Position numbers and translations under genes: made by a program. Shown here piece by piece: positions 14,242 to 26,104 of a stretch of 64,000 bases of DNA. The notes under the pieces were generated by a model. It saw only the letters and a program-made list of their open reading frames with translations. It did not search any database and was not told where the DNA came from. The stretch covers positions 30,324 to 94,323 of the forward strand of contig JAVJWO010000030.1 of assembly GCA_040222015.1 (NCBI GenBank). Reading direction: 5' to 3'. Within the stretch, counting starts at the first letter, position 1. The number at the start of each line of letters is the position of its first letter. The DNA is from Coleofasciculus chthonoplastes F2-STO-03. GTDB taxonomy: Bacteria > Cyanobacteriota > Cyanobacteriia > Cyanobacteriales > Coleofasciculaceae.

Positions 14242-14965
14242 TTAAGAGAATTTACGCATGCGAATCAACAATTCATAACCCTGATCATCACTCACCCATT
14301 TCCGTTGCTGCACTTGTCGCAATAACTCCCACTGATTATCCGATACTGTACCGGAACCATGGGCAAGATTTTCGGTCGTTCGGGAAACCGTTGCGTCAAT
14401 ACCCCATAATCATCGGAGAACTTCAGCGCCAAGGGCATGGTATAAACGAGATGACAATGCAGCTTCGTTAAACATTCAGCCTGATCCACAAACAAATAGT
14501 CCTGCTGTGGACGTCCCCACGGTTTTGGGCTATTATCGATCCGATCCAGGTTATCGACAATCACGACTAACTCCTTTTTACCCTGTTGTTTCAGTTTTGC
14601 GATCGCAGGTTCGATCAGTTCCTGATTAATCACTTGCAACAGTTGAGTTTTCTGGGGTCCCAGGTACTGATTCTTTCCAAGTCTTCACTGGACTCAAAAT
14701 AGACGACATGAAAGCCATCTTCTTCTAGTTCTGCCTTCAGTCGCAATAACTCCGTGGATTTGCCACAACCAATATGTCCGGTAAATAAGGCGCAGGTGGG
14801 TTCATCGGGGGAGAAAAAGGTAATATTATCCTTAAGTTCCTCAATAATCTTCCCCCCGCGCACTGGGGAAAAATCGATATAAAATTTCTGGTCTTCCGGA
14901 TTGTCTGCAACCAGCGTCCGGCTAGGGTTCGTTGCTTTAAAAAATGTCTGTAACTCTACCTTCAT
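14242..14965 (-). pseudogene. Fragmented cyanobacterial P-loop ATP-binding protein
   Basis: Piece 1 has Walker A GHIGCGKSTE; piece 2 has Walker B VIVDNLDR; piece 3 in another frame reads VSDNQWELLRQVQQRKWVSDDQGYELLIR; much shorter than a full-length member. Confidence 0.8.
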
Positions 14966-15257
14966 TTTCCCAGTTCCTTCGCGTTTAACGCATTATCCGA
15001 TACCATAGCTTAGTTATGGGTCATTGATCATTGGTTATAGCACTACGCATTGAGGTTAGGACAATAAAATTAGGTGAAAAAGCAACACCTCGACTTCGCT
15101 CGGTGTGTTATAGGCAATAGGCAACAGGGTAATGTCCTAACGTATGCCAGTAATGCTATATTTGTCCTACTCGCGAAGTGCCAAGCACGCTACGTCCTTT
15201 GCCTGTTCCCTTCTGTCTTGCAGCCTTCTGCCTTTCTGGTTCGGCACAATTTTCACT

Positions 15258-18011
15258 ATGTTAAAAACCATTCATAAAACTCAACCATTTTCTCCCTTTT
15301 TTATCTTTCTATTTAGCCTGTTGCTGACGCTCCACCTTGCCCTCCCTTGGGTGAGCGCCGAAGAACCGCCCAAGCCGCAACCTTGGCAGATTGATGGGAT
15401 AATCGCGGCTCTGGATGATGGACATGATTATGTAAAACTGTATGCTTTGGATCGATTAATTGCATACGATCCTTTGGACTTGCAAGCTGTGGTTGAAAAC
15501 CCCGATTATATTGCCCAGAAAGCTGCCAACTTACTCCAGGATCAAACCGCTGACTTATTTATTCGTGGCGGGGCTGCTGCAGCCTTAGGGAATTTAGGAG
15601 AAGCTGGTATCTCATACATTCCTTTAATTCTAAATTTTCTCCAGGATGAAGATGAAACTGTCCCCTCAAATATTCGTGACCCAGTGGCTTATGCATTAAG
15701 TAATCTTAGGGAAGCTGACGCCTCATACATTCCTTTGATTCTGAATTTCATCCAAGATAAAACTGTTGATTTAAGGGTTCGGAAATCGGTGGCTTATGCA
15801 TTAGGTAATCTGGAGGAAGACAGCGCTCAATATATTCCTGAGATTCTCAACTTTATCCAGAATGAAACGGTTGACTCAGAAGTTCGAGACTCAACGGTTA
15901 GAGCATTAGGAGATTTGAGAGAAGTCGGCGTCCCATACGCCCCAGAGATTGCCAGCATCCTTCAGGATAACACTGTTGACTCAAGGGTTCGTAGCTGGGC
16001 GGCTAGAATATTACTTAATCTGGGGGAAGACAGCGCCCAATACATCCCGTTGATTCTCAACATTATCCAGGATGAAACGGTTGACTTAAATGTTCGCGAA
16101 TCGGCGGCTGGTGCATTAATCAATCTCCGTGAAGAAACCGCTCCATACATCTCTGAAATTATCAATATTATCCAGAATAAAACGGTTGATGAGCAGGTGC
16201 ACCCCTGGGCAGCTAGAGCATTAGATAATTTGGGTGAAAAAGCTACTCCATACATCCCTGAAATTGTCAACATTCTCCAAGATGAAACCCTTGATGAGCA
16301 GGTTCGCGGCTCGGCGGCTGAAGCATTAGGTAATTTGGGAAAAGCTGGCGTTCAATACATTCCTGAGATTCTCAACTTCCTTCAAGATGAAACCGTTGAC
16401 TCAGTTGTTCGTCGTCAGGCGGCTGAAGCATTAGTGAATCGGGGGGAAATCGGCGTTCAATACATTCCTGAGATTCTCAACATTCTCCAGGATGAAACCA
16501 TTGATCAGCCGATTCGCGGCTGGATGGCTAGAGCATTAGAGAATCTGGGGGAAACCAACGTCAAATATGCCCCTGAGATTGCCGACATTCTCCAGGATGA
16601 AACCGTTGATGCTCAAGTTCGTGGCTGGGCGGCTCTAGCATTAAGTAATCTGGGGGAAGCCAGCACCCAATATATCCCTTTAATTCTCAACTTTCTCCAG
16701 GATGAAACCGTTGATGTTCAAGTTCGTACATGGGCGGCTGAAGCATTAGAGAATCTGGGAAAATTCAGATTCCCATACATACCTGAAATGCTCAACTTTA
16801 TTCAGGATAAAACTGTTGACTTAGATGTTCGAGTCTGGGCGGCTAGAGCATTACAGAATTTGGGGGAAGTCGGCGCTCCATACGCATCTAAGATTGCCAA
16901 TATTCTCCAGAATGAAACTGTTGATTCAGTTGTTCGTCGTTCGGCGGCTTCTACATTAATTAATCTAGGGGAAGCTGCCATTCCCTATATTCCTGAGATT
17001 GTCAACATTGTCCAGGATAAAACCGTTGACTCAGTTGTTCGTCGCTCGGCGGCTTATGCATTAATTAGTTTGAGAGAAGCCGCCATCCCCTATATTCCTG
17101 AGATTGCCAACCTTGTCCAGGATGAAACCATTGATGATGAGGTTCGTAGCTGGGCGGCTACAGCATTAATTAGTTTTGGGAACTTCGGCGTTTCTTATAG
17201 TCCTGAGATTCTCAGCTTTCTCAAAGATAAAACGGTTGACTCATACGTTCGTAGTTGGGCGGCTAGAGCATTAGTCAATCGGGGGGAAACCGATGCCCAA
17301 TATATCCCTTTGATTCTCAACTTTTTCCAGTATACAACTGTTGATGGTGAGGTAGGTGACTCTATGGCTGATGCATTAATGAGTCTAGGGAAATCTGCCG
17401 TCCCTTACATCCCTGAGATACTCAAATTTATTGAGAATGAAACTGTTGATAATCCGATTCGGGGATTTGCAGCTTATGCATTAGTCAATGTCCGCAAACT
17501 GGATTTAAATGAGATTGTTGTTATTCTGAACAATATCTATGAACCCAATCAGTCAGATTTTGGACAATGGAGGTCTTTAACCTATTTCACAGGTGAGAGT
17601 TACTGGCGTTTTTTAACTTATTTACTGAGTGGGGGTACTGATGAAGTAAAAACTCTGCTGAAATGGGTTGGCTCTCCTGAATCAATTCCTACCGCACTCA
17701 ACTATGAAGACGGTAAAAAAACACTGGAATTGTTTCTCCAAGTCTGGGACAATGCTCAGGATTTACCCCGACTGCAAAAAGATTTAGCCGAAAAAATAGC
17801 CGTAGTGACTCCTCTTGTCTCTTGGCAATCCCAGGATAGGGATTTACTCCAACGCCATTACAATAACCTCAAAGCGGGAAACTTCCCTCAAGCTGATACT
17901 GTGGAATCAGTCATCCAGGATTTACGCTCCACGAAAAGAGGAGTGAAGATAAGCCCTAGCGATTGGAAATCGCGGAACCAAACGAAACAAAGTCCGCTTG
18001 ACAAGGACTAA
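15258..18011 (+). CDS. Signal-peptide-bearing HEAT/PBS-like repeat protein, C-terminus runs into a repeat element
   Basis: About 19 repeats of 35 aa (LQDETVD..VR..AA.AL.NLGE...YIPEI); hydrophobic leader ending PWVSA; start chosen at MLKTIHK. Confidence 0.85.
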   Translation: MLKTIHKTQPFSPFFIFLFSLLLTLHLALPWVSAEEPPKPQPWQIDGIIAALDDGHDYVKLYALDRLIAYDPLDLQAVVENPDYIAQKAANLLQDQTADLFIRGGAAAALGNLGEAGISYIPLILNFLQDEDETVPSNIRDPVAYALSNLREADASYIPLILNFIQDKTVDLRVRKSVAYALGNLEEDSAQYIPEILNFIQNETVDSEVRDSTVRALGDLREVGVPYAPEIASILQDNTVDSRVRSWAARILLNLGEDSAQYIPLILNIIQDETVDLNVRESAAGALINLREETAPYISEIINIIQNKTVDEQVHPWAARALDNLGEKATPYIPEIVNILQDETLDEQVRGSAAEALGNLGKAGVQYIPEILNFLQDETVDSVVRRQAAEALVNRGEIGVQYIPEILNILQDETIDQPIRGWMARALENLGETNVKYAPEIADILQDETVDAQVRGWAALALSNLGEASTQYIPLILNFLQDETVDVQVRTWAAEALENLGKFRFPYIPEMLNFIQDKTVDLDVRVWAARALQNLGEVGAPYASKIANILQNETVDSVVRRSAASTLINLGEAAIPYIPEIVNIVQDKTVDSVVRRSAAYALISLREAAIPYIPEIANLVQDETIDDEVRSWAATALISFGNFGVSYSPEILSFLKDKTVDSYVRSWAARALVNRGETDAQYIPLILNFFQYTTVDGEVGDSMADALMSLGKSAVPYIPEILKFIENETVDNPIRGFAAYALVNVRKLDLNEIVVILNNIYEPNQSDFGQWRSLTYFTGESYWRFLTYLLSGGTDEVKTLLKWVGSPESIPTALNYEDGKKTLELFLQVWDNAQDLPRLQKDLAEKIAVVTPLVSWQSQDRDLLQRHYNNLKAGNFPQADTVESVIQDLRSTKRGVKISPSDWKSRNQTKQSPLDKD

Positions 18012-18073
18012 TCGAGGGGTGTGGAAACCCGCGCAGGCGGGTTTTGTTTGTGTAGCTGCGGTTTAAACCGCCC
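17951..18073. mobile_element. Cyanobacterial palindromic repeat/MITE
   Basis: gcgattggaaatcgc, acaaagtcc..ggact, aaacccgcgcaggcgggttttgtttgtgtagc hairpin array; supplies the HEAT gene stop codon. Confidence 0.65.
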
Positions 18074-18235
18074 AGTTAACACAGAAACCGGGATGAGAAC
18101 CAAAAACCCTGCAACAATCGATAACAAGTGTAAAAATGGATCACGATCGCACTGATCAACCTCGTTATCTCTAGGATGGGTAAGTCTAAAATCCAAACTC
18201 CGATAAATCCATTCCTAGTCTGTGATTGAAACACC

Positions 18236-20869
18236 ATGCCCAAATCTCCCAAATCCCTCAGCGGTAACCAAATCCGACAAAAGTTCCTAGACTTCTACGA
18301 AAAACGGCAACACCAGGTTTTGCCGTCGGCTTCCTTAGTCCCCGAAGATCCCACCGTGTTACTCACCATCGCCGGGATGTTACCCTTTAAACCCATATTC
18401 CTGGGACAACGCCAGTCGGACTTTGCCCGCGCCACCACGTCGCAAAAATGTCTCCGCACCAATGATATTGAGAATGTGGGGCGCACGGCGCGACACCATA
18501 CCTTCTTTGAAATGCTGGGCAATTTTAGCTTTGGCGACTATTTTAAAGAACAAGCGATCGCATGGGCATGGGAGTTATCGACACAAGTCTTTGCATTACC
18601 CCCAGAACGCCTGATAGTGAGTGTGTTTCGAGAGGATGACGAAGCCTTTGCCATCTGGCGGGATAAAATTGGTATCCCAGCTCATCGTATCCAGCGGATG
18701 GGAGAAGAAGATAACTTCTGGGCATCGGGTTCCACGGGTCCTTGTGGTCCTTGTTCAGAACTCTATTACGACTTCCACCCGGAAAAAGGGGACAAGGACA
18801 TCGATTTAGAAGACGATACCCGGTTTATTGAGTACTATAACCTGGTGTTCATGCAATACAACCGGGATGCAGACGGGAATCTCACCCCCCTGCAAAATAA
18901 AAATATTGACACGGGGTTGGGATTAGAGAGGATGGCGCAAATCCTCCAGCAGGTTCCCAATAACTACGAAACCGACCTAATTTTCCCGATTATCAAGACG
19001 GCGGCTGAAATTGCTGGACTTGATTACGCTAAAAGTGACGAGAAAACCAAAGTATCCCTAAAAGTGATTGGGGATCACATTCGCGCCGTGGTTCATCTGA
19101 TTGCTGATGGCGTTACCGCCTCGAATATTGGACGCGGCTATATCCTACGCCGTTTAATCCGGCGAGTGGTGCGCCATGGGCGATTAATTGGCATTCAAGG
19201 CGAGTTTACCACCCAAGTCGCCGAAACCGCGATCGCACTGGCTGAAGATGCTTATCCGAATGTGCGCGAACGGAATAATTCGATTCAAGCCGAATTGCAA
19301 CGCGAAGAATCGCAATTCCTGAAAACTCTGGAACGTGGCGAGAAGTTATTGGCAGATATTCTGGCGCAAAAGCCGGATCTTATTTCTGGAACCGATGCCT
19401 TTACTCTCTATGATACCTACGGGTTCCCCTTAGAATTAACCCAAGAAATTGCCGAAGAACAAGGGATTACTGTAGATTTGGCAGGCTTTGAAGTGGAAAT
19501 GGAGAAGCAGCGCCAACGGGCAAGAGATGCCCATGAAACCATTGATTTGACGGTACAGGGAAGCTTGGATAAGTTGGCTGAACATATCCATGGCACCACC
19601 TTCTTGGGCTATAGTGAACCGCAGTCTACTGCCAAAATTGAAGCCTTGTTAGTCGAAGGTCAAGCGGTAGAATCAGCTTCATCCGGTACGGAAATCCAGA
19701 TTATTTTAGACCAAACCCCATTCTATGCCGAATCTGGGGGACAAATTGGCGATCGCGGTTATTTATCTGGCGATAATTTAGTAGTACGGATTGAAGATGT
19801 CAAAAAAGAATCCGACTTCTTTATCCATTTTGGTCGCGTGGAACGGGGAACTCTAAATCTGGGGGATACCGTTACCGCCCAAATTGACCGCGCCTGTCGC
19901 CGTCGTGCCCAAGCCAATCATACGGCGACTCATTTATTACAAGCGGCGCTGAAAAAGATTGTTGATCCGTCTATTTCCCAAGCGGGTTCTTTAGTGGCAT
20001 TTGATCGGCTGCGGTTTGACTTCAATTGTTCCCGTTCCCTGACGTCAGAGGAATTGGTACAAATTGAGGAGCAAATTAATACCTGGATTGCCGAAGCCCA
20101 CGGCGCAGATGTGGCGATTATGCCCCTAACAGACGCCAAGGCAAAAGGTGCGATCGCGATGTTTGGCGAAAAGTACGCTTCGGAGGTACGAGTGATTGAT
20201 TTCCCTGGTGTTTCTATGGAACTCTGTGGGGGAACTCATGTGAATAACACCGCCGAAATTGGGGTGTTTAAAATTGTCTCTGAAACTGGGGTAGCGTCGG
20301 GGATTCGGCGCATCGAAGCTGTAGCGGGTCCGGCGGTATTGGATTATTTGAACCTGCGGGATAAAGTGGTCAAAGAATTATGCGATCGCTTTAAAGTCAA
20401 ACCCGAAGAAATCCCGGAACGCATTACCACTATCCAGAACGAACTCAAAGCGTCTCAGAAACAACTAGACGCCGTTAAACAAGAATTGGCATTAGCCAAA
20501 TCGGATCAGTTATTGAGTCAAGCTGAATCGGTAGGCGAGTTCAAGGTTTTGGTGGCAAATCTGGGAGACATTGAACCCGACGCCCTGAAAACCTCAGCAG
20601 AACGACTCCAGCAAAAACTAGGAGAAAGTGCGGTTATTTTAGGTTCGGTTCCGACAGAAGGAAAAGTTAGTTTAGTCGCGGCGTTTAGTGCCAAAATCCA
20701 CAAAGATAAGAAGCTACAAGCCGGTAAATTTATCGGTGGAATTGCCAAACTTTGTGGCGGTGGTGGTGGGGGACGCCCCAACTTAGCCCAAGCTGGGGGA
20801 AAAGATTCCAGTAAGTTACCGGAAGCCTTGGATACGGCAAAACGTCAGTTAATTGAACAGTTGCAGTAA
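18236..20869 (+). CDS. alaS: Alanine--tRNA ligase
   Basis: [48 protein letters not shown]. Confidence 0.99.
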   Translation: MPKSPKSLSGNQIRQKFLDFYEKRQHQVLPSASLVPEDPTVLLTIAGMLPFKPIFLGQRQSDFARATTSQKCLRTNDIENVGRTARHHTFFEMLGNFSFGDYFKEQAIAWAWELSTQVFALPPERLIVSVFREDDEAFAIWRDKIGIPAHRIQRMGEEDNFWASGSTGPCGPCSELYYDFHPEKGDKDIDLEDDTRFIEYYNLVFMQYNRDADGNLTPLQNKNIDTGLGLERMAQILQQVPNNYETDLIFPIIKTAAEIAGLDYAKSDEKTKVSLKVIGDHIRAVVHLIADGVTASNIGRGYILRRLIRRVVRHGRLIGIQGEFTTQVAETAIALAEDAYPNVRERNNSIQAELQREESQFLKTLERGEKLLADILAQKPDLISGTDAFTLYDTYGFPLELTQEIAEEQGITVDLAGFEVEMEKQRQRARDAHETIDLTVQGSLDKLAEHIHGTTFLGYSEPQSTAKIEALLVEGQAVESASSGTEIQIILDQTPFYAESGGQIGDRGYLSGDNLVVRIEDVKKESDFFIHFGRVERGTLNLGDTVTAQIDRACRRRAQANHTATHLLQAALKKIVDPSISQAGSLVAFDRLRFDFNCSRSLTSEELVQIEEQINTWIAEAHGADVAIMPLTDAKAKGAIAMFGEKYASEVRVIDFPGVSMELCGGTHVNNTAEIGVFKIVSETGVASGIRRIEAVAGPAVLDYLNLRDKVVKELCDRFKVKPEEIPERITTIQNELKASQKQLDAVKQELALAKSDQLLSQAESVGEFKVLVANLGDIEPDALKTSAERLQQKLGESAVILGSVPTEGKVSLVAAFSAKIHKDKKLQAGKFIGGIAKLCGGGGGGRPNLAQAGGKDSSKLPEALDTAKRQLIEQLQ

Positions 20870-20873
20870 TTAT

Positions 20874-20901
20874 GTAGGGTGGGCAATGCCCACCTTTTTT
20901 T
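20874..20901 (+). terminator. REP-like hairpin with T-tail, probable alaS terminator
   Basis: GTAGGGTGGGCAATGCCCACC followed by a T-run; same GTAGGGTGG family at 43153, 47533, 62712. Confidence 0.7.
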
Positions 20902-21004
20902 CCTATAAATTAGGCAAGGTATAGTGGTGCATTACGGCAAGATTGAGATGAAAGGAATTATAATGACTCTACTGACGCCTAATGCATCCTATTAAACGCT
21001 AAAA

Positions 21005-22267
21005 ATGATTACTAAACCAGAAAAAGAAAATATCGTCATAAAGATATGTTTTATAGGTTTGCTACTTTCATCTCTCCTGAGTCGGGTAAAATTCACTTAT
21101 TTTAGTTCTTTTAGCCTGAGTATCCATTATCTCTTGATTCCTTTATTTTCCACTCTATTAATTCTTTTGAACCTAAAAAGCCTAAAACAATTTTGTATTG
21201 CTCACTCAAAAATATTGGCAGCTATTGGATTATTATATATCTGGATATGGGTCTGTGTCTTTTTTAGCAATTTTCCAGCCACTGCCCTAACTTACACGAT
21301 AAAATACACCAATTATTTTTTCATATTTATTGCTTTTTTAAGCCTAAACTTTCCCAAACCGAAAAACATAAAATCTTACTGTCTAACTCTATTAGTTATA
21401 ATCCAAGTCATAGCTATTTTAGGTTGGGTAGAAATAGTCTTCCCCAAAATGTGGATGTTTAGACTGTTAAAGTATCCCAGCTTCCATCCTCAGATTGGTT
21501 CAATCATGCAAAACCCAAATCAGTTTGGCGTTTTAATGGCGATAGGCGCGAGTTTGACTCTGATTCTATACCAGAAAAAAATTATTTCTACAATTTACTT
21601 ATATATCAGCGAAGTACTGTTGGTTATTTCCCTAGCAATTTCTACAAGCCGAAATGCATGGTTAGTGTTTATTTTAGGGTTAGTTCTACTTAGGGGGACA
21701 AAAATAATTAATAATATTAAGTTTATTTCGTTGTCTTTCTTGTTAATTATTTGTATCTTATTGTATCCCCCTGCTAATTATAAACTAGGACTAGTCAATA
21801 GTAATATACTTCCTGGATTTGAGCTATTGAATCAAAACTTTACCAACCCAAGTTCCCTTGAAACAAAAATATCAAATCCCAAAGGAACAGCTTTGTCGAG
21901 ATTAGCTTTATGGAAAGCGGCTATTAGTGAAATGACTAAACAACCAATAACAGGCATAGGACTAGGCGTTTTTGCAGAACATATAGGAAAACAAGTTTTT
22001 GGTGTAAAAGGTTTTCACGCCCATAATATATTTTTAAATATAGGTACAGAACTGGGAATACCTGGATTACTAATATTTATTGGTTTCTTGTTGAAAATAG
22101 CATCGGATCTCAAGCCGAGTAATTTTGTCACTGTCATCATACTTCTATTTTTAGCATCGCAAATGCTTGACTTTTTCATTGAAGACTATACCTTTACAAC
22201 GATTGAGCTGTATTTTTTATCCCTAGCAGTTATATCCGGAACAAACGTTGAACCAACGCTCAAGTAA
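21005..22267 (+). CDS. O-antigen ligase/polymerase (Wzy_C) family membrane protein
   Basis: Multi-pass hydrophobic protein; NPNQFG, STSR, RLALWK, PITGIGLG, HAHN motifs. Confidence 0.9.
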   Translation: MITKPEKENIVIKICFIGLLLSSLLSRVKFTYFSSFSLSIHYLLIPLFSTLLILLNLKSLKQFCIAHSKILAAIGLLYIWIWVCVFFSNFPATALTYTIKYTNYFFIFIAFLSLNFPKPKNIKSYCLTLLVIIQVIAILGWVEIVFPKMWMFRLLKYPSFHPQIGSIMQNPNQFGVLMAIGASLTLILYQKKIISTIYLYISEVLLVISLAISTSRNAWLVFILGLVLLRGTKIINNIKFISLSFLLIICILLYPPANYKLGLVNSNILPGFELLNQNFTNPSSLETKISNPKGTALSRLALWKAAISEMTKQPITGIGLGVFAEHIGKQVFGVKGFHAHNIFLNIGTELGIPGLLIFIGFLLKIASDLKPSNFVTVIILLFLASQMLDFFIEDYTFTTIELYFLSLAVISGTNVEPTLK

Positions 22268-22281
22268 ATTTGGATTTTACC

Positions 22282-23433
22282 ATGACTCAAAACCATCATT
22301 TTTATCTCATATTCCCTAATATCTTTGAATTTAAGGGAGGAGTGCAAGTTTATTCAGCTTTCTTGCTCAAATCATTACAAGAGTTATATCCGGATGCCAA
22401 TTATGACATTTTTATAAAGTATGATAAAAACGATTCAAAAAACCTGCAAAATCTCCAGTTTCTACCCCATACTAAATTTCACTATTTCGGACATTTTCCC
22501 CGATTGCTACAAACTATACTTTTGGCAATTACAATAATTTTACAAGGCATTTGGCAGCGTCCAAGTTTAGTAGTATCTACCCATATCAACTATGCGATCG
22601 CTTGCTATATACTTCAACGAATAAATGGAGTCCCTTACTGGTTCATTGCTCATGGTACCGAGGTTTGGTCTACAGAAAGAAAATCCCACAAACTCGTATT
22701 ACAGGGAGCCGAAAAAGTCATTGCTGTTAGTGAATATACACGACAGAGAATAATTAAAGAGCAAAATATTGATACGGATAAAATTCATATATTATTTAAT
22801 ACTTTTGATTCTAAACAATTTCAGATAAATCCTAAACCAAATTACTTACTACAACGGTATAATATAACCCCCAATCAACCGATAATATTAACAGTAGCTC
22901 GCCTGGGTCGTATGGCTAAGCATAAAGGCTACGATCAAATTCTCCATGCTTTAGTCAAAATTCGTCAGCAAATCCCCAACATTCACTATATTCTCGCGGG
23001 TAAAGGTGACGATAAACCGAGAATTCAAAGCTTAATTACCAGCTTAAACCTCGATGATTGCGTGACTTTGCCAGGATTTTTGACAGATGAGGAATTATGC
23101 GATCACTATAACCTTTGTGATGTGTTTGCTATGCCCAGTCAGGGGGAAGGCTTTGGCATTGTCTTTTTAGAAGCCTTAGCCTGTGGTAAACCTGTGTTAG
23201 CCGGTAATCAAGATGGTTCTGTTCAACCTCTGGCTAGTGGGGAATTAGGATGCTTAGTTGATCCCAATAATGTAGAGGATATTGCTACCAAACTCATTGA
23301 AATCATCCAAGGACATTATGGGAATAAAATGGTGTACAATCCAGAATGGTTACGAAAAAGAACAATTGAATTGTTTGAATTGAATCAGTTTAAAACCAAA
23401 CTCGCAGCCTTGTTGTCTTCTAATTTAAAATAA
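22282..23433 (+). CDS. Glycosyltransferase family 4
   Basis: GGVQ, AHGTE, HKGYD, MPSQGEGFGIVFLEALACGKPV; ATG at 22282. Confidence 0.93.
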   Translation: MTQNHHFYLIFPNIFEFKGGVQVYSAFLLKSLQELYPDANYDIFIKYDKNDSKNLQNLQFLPHTKFHYFGHFPRLLQTILLAITIILQGIWQRPSLVVSTHINYAIACYILQRINGVPYWFIAHGTEVWSTERKSHKLVLQGAEKVIAVSEYTRQRIIKEQNIDTDKIHILFNTFDSKQFQINPKPNYLLQRYNITPNQPIILTVARLGRMAKHKGYDQILHALVKIRQQIPNIHYILAGKGDDKPRIQSLITSLNLDDCVTLPGFLTDEELCDHYNLCDVFAMPSQGEGFGIVFLEALACGKPVLAGNQDGSVQPLASGELGCLVDPNNVEDIATKLIEIIQGHYGNKMVYNPEWLRKRTIELFELNQFKTKLAALLSSNLK

Positions 23434-23667
23434 GCCCCGACACCCGGTCAAATCCGGTTGAATACTCACACAAGGCAGACGGCTTATTTCACAGTAACTA
23501 GACTCAACAGGTTGATGGTAGATATTATGTAACTTACCATGAATCGGTTGAACCCCAACGCCTTGAAAATTCTCTGTGCAGACGTTCACCACTGCACCGG
23601 AAACTGACAATCTGGATAAGGGTGATCTAGTAAAATAATTGAACGAACTTTTAAAGATGCGATCGCC

Positions 23668-25653
23668 TTGAACCCAATTCAATTCTTACACCCTTTCCCC
23701 AAGCGACTCCTCGGATTCCTGCTTACGTTTCTCCTCCTCCTCATCCCCCTCCCCGCCTTCGCCGCCACTCCAGAACGTCAACCGTTAACCCTGGAACTCC
23801 TGGAAGAACGCCTAGAATCCCCGATTCAAAGCGAAGGTGTTTCCACGATTGATCTGCATCAGTTTGTTATTGACTTAACAAACGAGAATACAGACTTTCG
23901 GGATCAGTTCTACCAACACCTGCAAAGCAAGCTGACTCGTTCTCAAACCCCTCTCGCTTTAGACTTAAGTGAATCCTTGATTCAAGGAGAGTTTACGGCT
24001 AGCAAATTAGGCTTGCAAACCGCCCTCTCCCAAGCCACGTTACCTTCTTTGTTAACTGAACAGGAACAAGAAAAATTGGCAAAAGATTCTCGCTTTATTA
24101 CCGAAGCCAGTGACCAAGTTTCCTCGGTTACTGTCTTTCGGGGTACGCTTAAACTAAATCAAACCCGTCTAAGTGGTGCGATTAATTTTGCCAATACCTT
24201 CTTTCTGCAACGCTTAGAAGTCGCTGAGGCTGTGTTTATCCAGGAAGTCGATTGGTCGGGGAGTCGTTTTAGCCAATCTGTTGATTTTAGTAACACTACG
24301 TTTGGTCGAGATATTAACTTCAGCGGTGATACCTTCTTTGATAAAGCTGGATTTACTCAGGTGGAGTTTAAAGGTATAGCCAATTTTAGTCGGTCTACGT
24401 TTCATGGGACTGGGAATTTTAGTCAGGCGGAATTTGTCCAGCTTGCTAATTTTACCGGAAGCCAATGGCTAGAAGATGCCGATTTTTCCCAAGTGATTTG
24501 GCGCGATCGCACGTTGTTAAGTAAGAGTCGGTTTACTCAGTCGTTGTTACTCACCGAGGCGACGTGGGAAAAATCCACTAGCTTTCGAGGAAGTCAGTTT
24601 CAGCAACCGATTTCAATGCGGGATGCAAGTCTACTGGATCAACTGGATTTCAGTAATACCCGCTTTTCCCCTAATGCTTATGTTAAAGTCGCTGGGATGA
24701 CCTTTGACTCCGACCAAGCTAAAATTTTTGGTGATGCGGGTCATGTGGGACAAATTCTATCCGTTCCCCAACTTGAAGGGAATGAAGATGTACTGCGGAA
24801 TTTAGTCCGCAACTTTCGCGAACAAGAACAAATTCCCGATGCGAATTCCTTAGATTATCTCCGGGAACGATTACGACGAGAACAACTGTGGGGGCGTTTA
24901 CTGGGTAGCATTCTCCAGTTAATGGGTCGCGAGGATATCACTGTGCGATCGCGCCATTGGCTAATTGATGCTCTGCACTGGGCGAAATTGAGTTTACTGC
25001 TACTATTAAGTGCCGATGGTACCAGTTTTGGCTTAGTGTTCGGCGTGGGAATGATTGCGATCGCGTATTTCGGATTGCTGTTTTGGTTGCTTGACCGTTG
25101 GCGGCGACGTTACCCTAAACCGATTCTACCCACCTCTATAGAAACAGTTTACATGGTGGGGAGTGGGGCGGCGGCTACTGTGGGCGGTGCGATCGCGATT
25201 TTTCAAACCAGTGAACAACCCTGGCTGACGCTATTGTGTTTGGCGGGACTTCTGTTTCCGATACCCCTATTGCTGGTGTGGCGACTGTATCGTCAAGGGC
25301 GTTATCATGATATGCTCAATGTCACCTATTTTGTCGAAGATGGGGGGATGCGCCAATTACGCCTGCTGATTGGACGCCTCCCGGTTATGCCTCGGTTTGA
25401 CTTTTTCCGCGATCGCTATATGCCGATTCTTTGGGATCGCCGCTGGAATTGGCTGAATTATTATGACTTTAGTTTTAATAATTTGCTTAAGTTTGGATTT
25501 AATGATATTCGCTTGAGAGAGGAACATGTTCCCGGTATTATTAGTACATTGGCGTGGTATCAGTGGGGTTTGGGTCTTGCTTATATTGCCCTGTTATTAT
25601 GGACACTTTCTCGTACTATTCCAGGGCTGAATTTATTGATTTATTTGAAATAA
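23668..25653 (+). CDS. Pentapeptide-repeat membrane protein
   Basis: Signal peptide (PAFA), F-x4 periodic repeats, several C-terminal TM helices. Confidence 0.85.
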   Translation: MNPIQFLHPFPKRLLGFLLTFLLLLIPLPAFAATPERQPLTLELLEERLESPIQSEGVSTIDLHQFVIDLTNENTDFRDQFYQHLQSKLTRSQTPLALDLSESLIQGEFTASKLGLQTALSQATLPSLLTEQEQEKLAKDSRFITEASDQVSSVTVFRGTLKLNQTRLSGAINFANTFFLQRLEVAEAVFIQEVDWSGSRFSQSVDFSNTTFGRDINFSGDTFFDKAGFTQVEFKGIANFSRSTFHGTGNFSQAEFVQLANFTGSQWLEDADFSQVIWRDRTLLSKSRFTQSLLLTEATWEKSTSFRGSQFQQPISMRDASLLDQLDFSNTRFSPNAYVKVAGMTFDSDQAKIFGDAGHVGQILSVPQLEGNEDVLRNLVRNFREQEQIPDANSLDYLRERLRREQLWGRLLGSILQLMGREDITVRSRHWLIDALHWAKLSLLLLLSADGTSFGLVFGVGMIAIAYFGLLFWLLDRWRRRYPKPILPTSIETVYMVGSGAAATVGGAIAIFQTSEQPWLTLLCLAGLLFPIPLLLVWRLYRQGRYHDMLNVTYFVEDGGMRQLRLLIGRLPVMPRFDFFRDRYMPILWDRRWNWLNYYDFSFNNLLKFGFNDIRLREEHVPGIISTLAWYQWGLGLAYIALLLWTLSRTIPGLNLLIYLK

Positions 25654-25735
25654 TAACACTGATTTCAGCCCTTACATAAACCTAGTGCAGCGCGGCAGAA
25701 ATAACTGACCAGTTAACAAGCTCCCTAAAAGCAGC

Positions 25736-26012
25736 TAAGCTGTTCGGCATTTAAACCTTAATGTTAATAATCGCGAAATCCCTGTAGTGCGAGCATCTTG
25801 CTCGCTAAGCTGTTCGGCATTTATAGCACTTCGCGCTGATCTATTTACACTTTGGATTCAGAAACATCTTACCTGGACTAAGTTTCAGCTACGAGAGTTG
25901 TAAATACACGCCTAGCGACTTGCTATAAACCTTAATGTCAATAATGGCGAAATCCTTGTAGTGTGAGCATCTTGCTCACTACCCATTCCCAATTTAAATG
26001 CATGACAGCTTA
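25736..26012. mobile_element. Nested/duplicated MITE cluster
   Basis: TAAGCTGTTCGGCATTTA at 25736 and 25806; the second copy is interrupted by a TAGC...GCTA element (25824-25925) flanked by TA; ends TTTAAATGCATGACAGCTTA. Confidence 0.75.
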
Positions 26013-26104
26013 CCCATTCTGCCTTCGTACTTCTGCCTTCTTGTACTAGGCTAAACGCCGAGCTCGGTTTCATCACTTCGACAAAGCTCAGTGACCTCCC
26101 TCGG

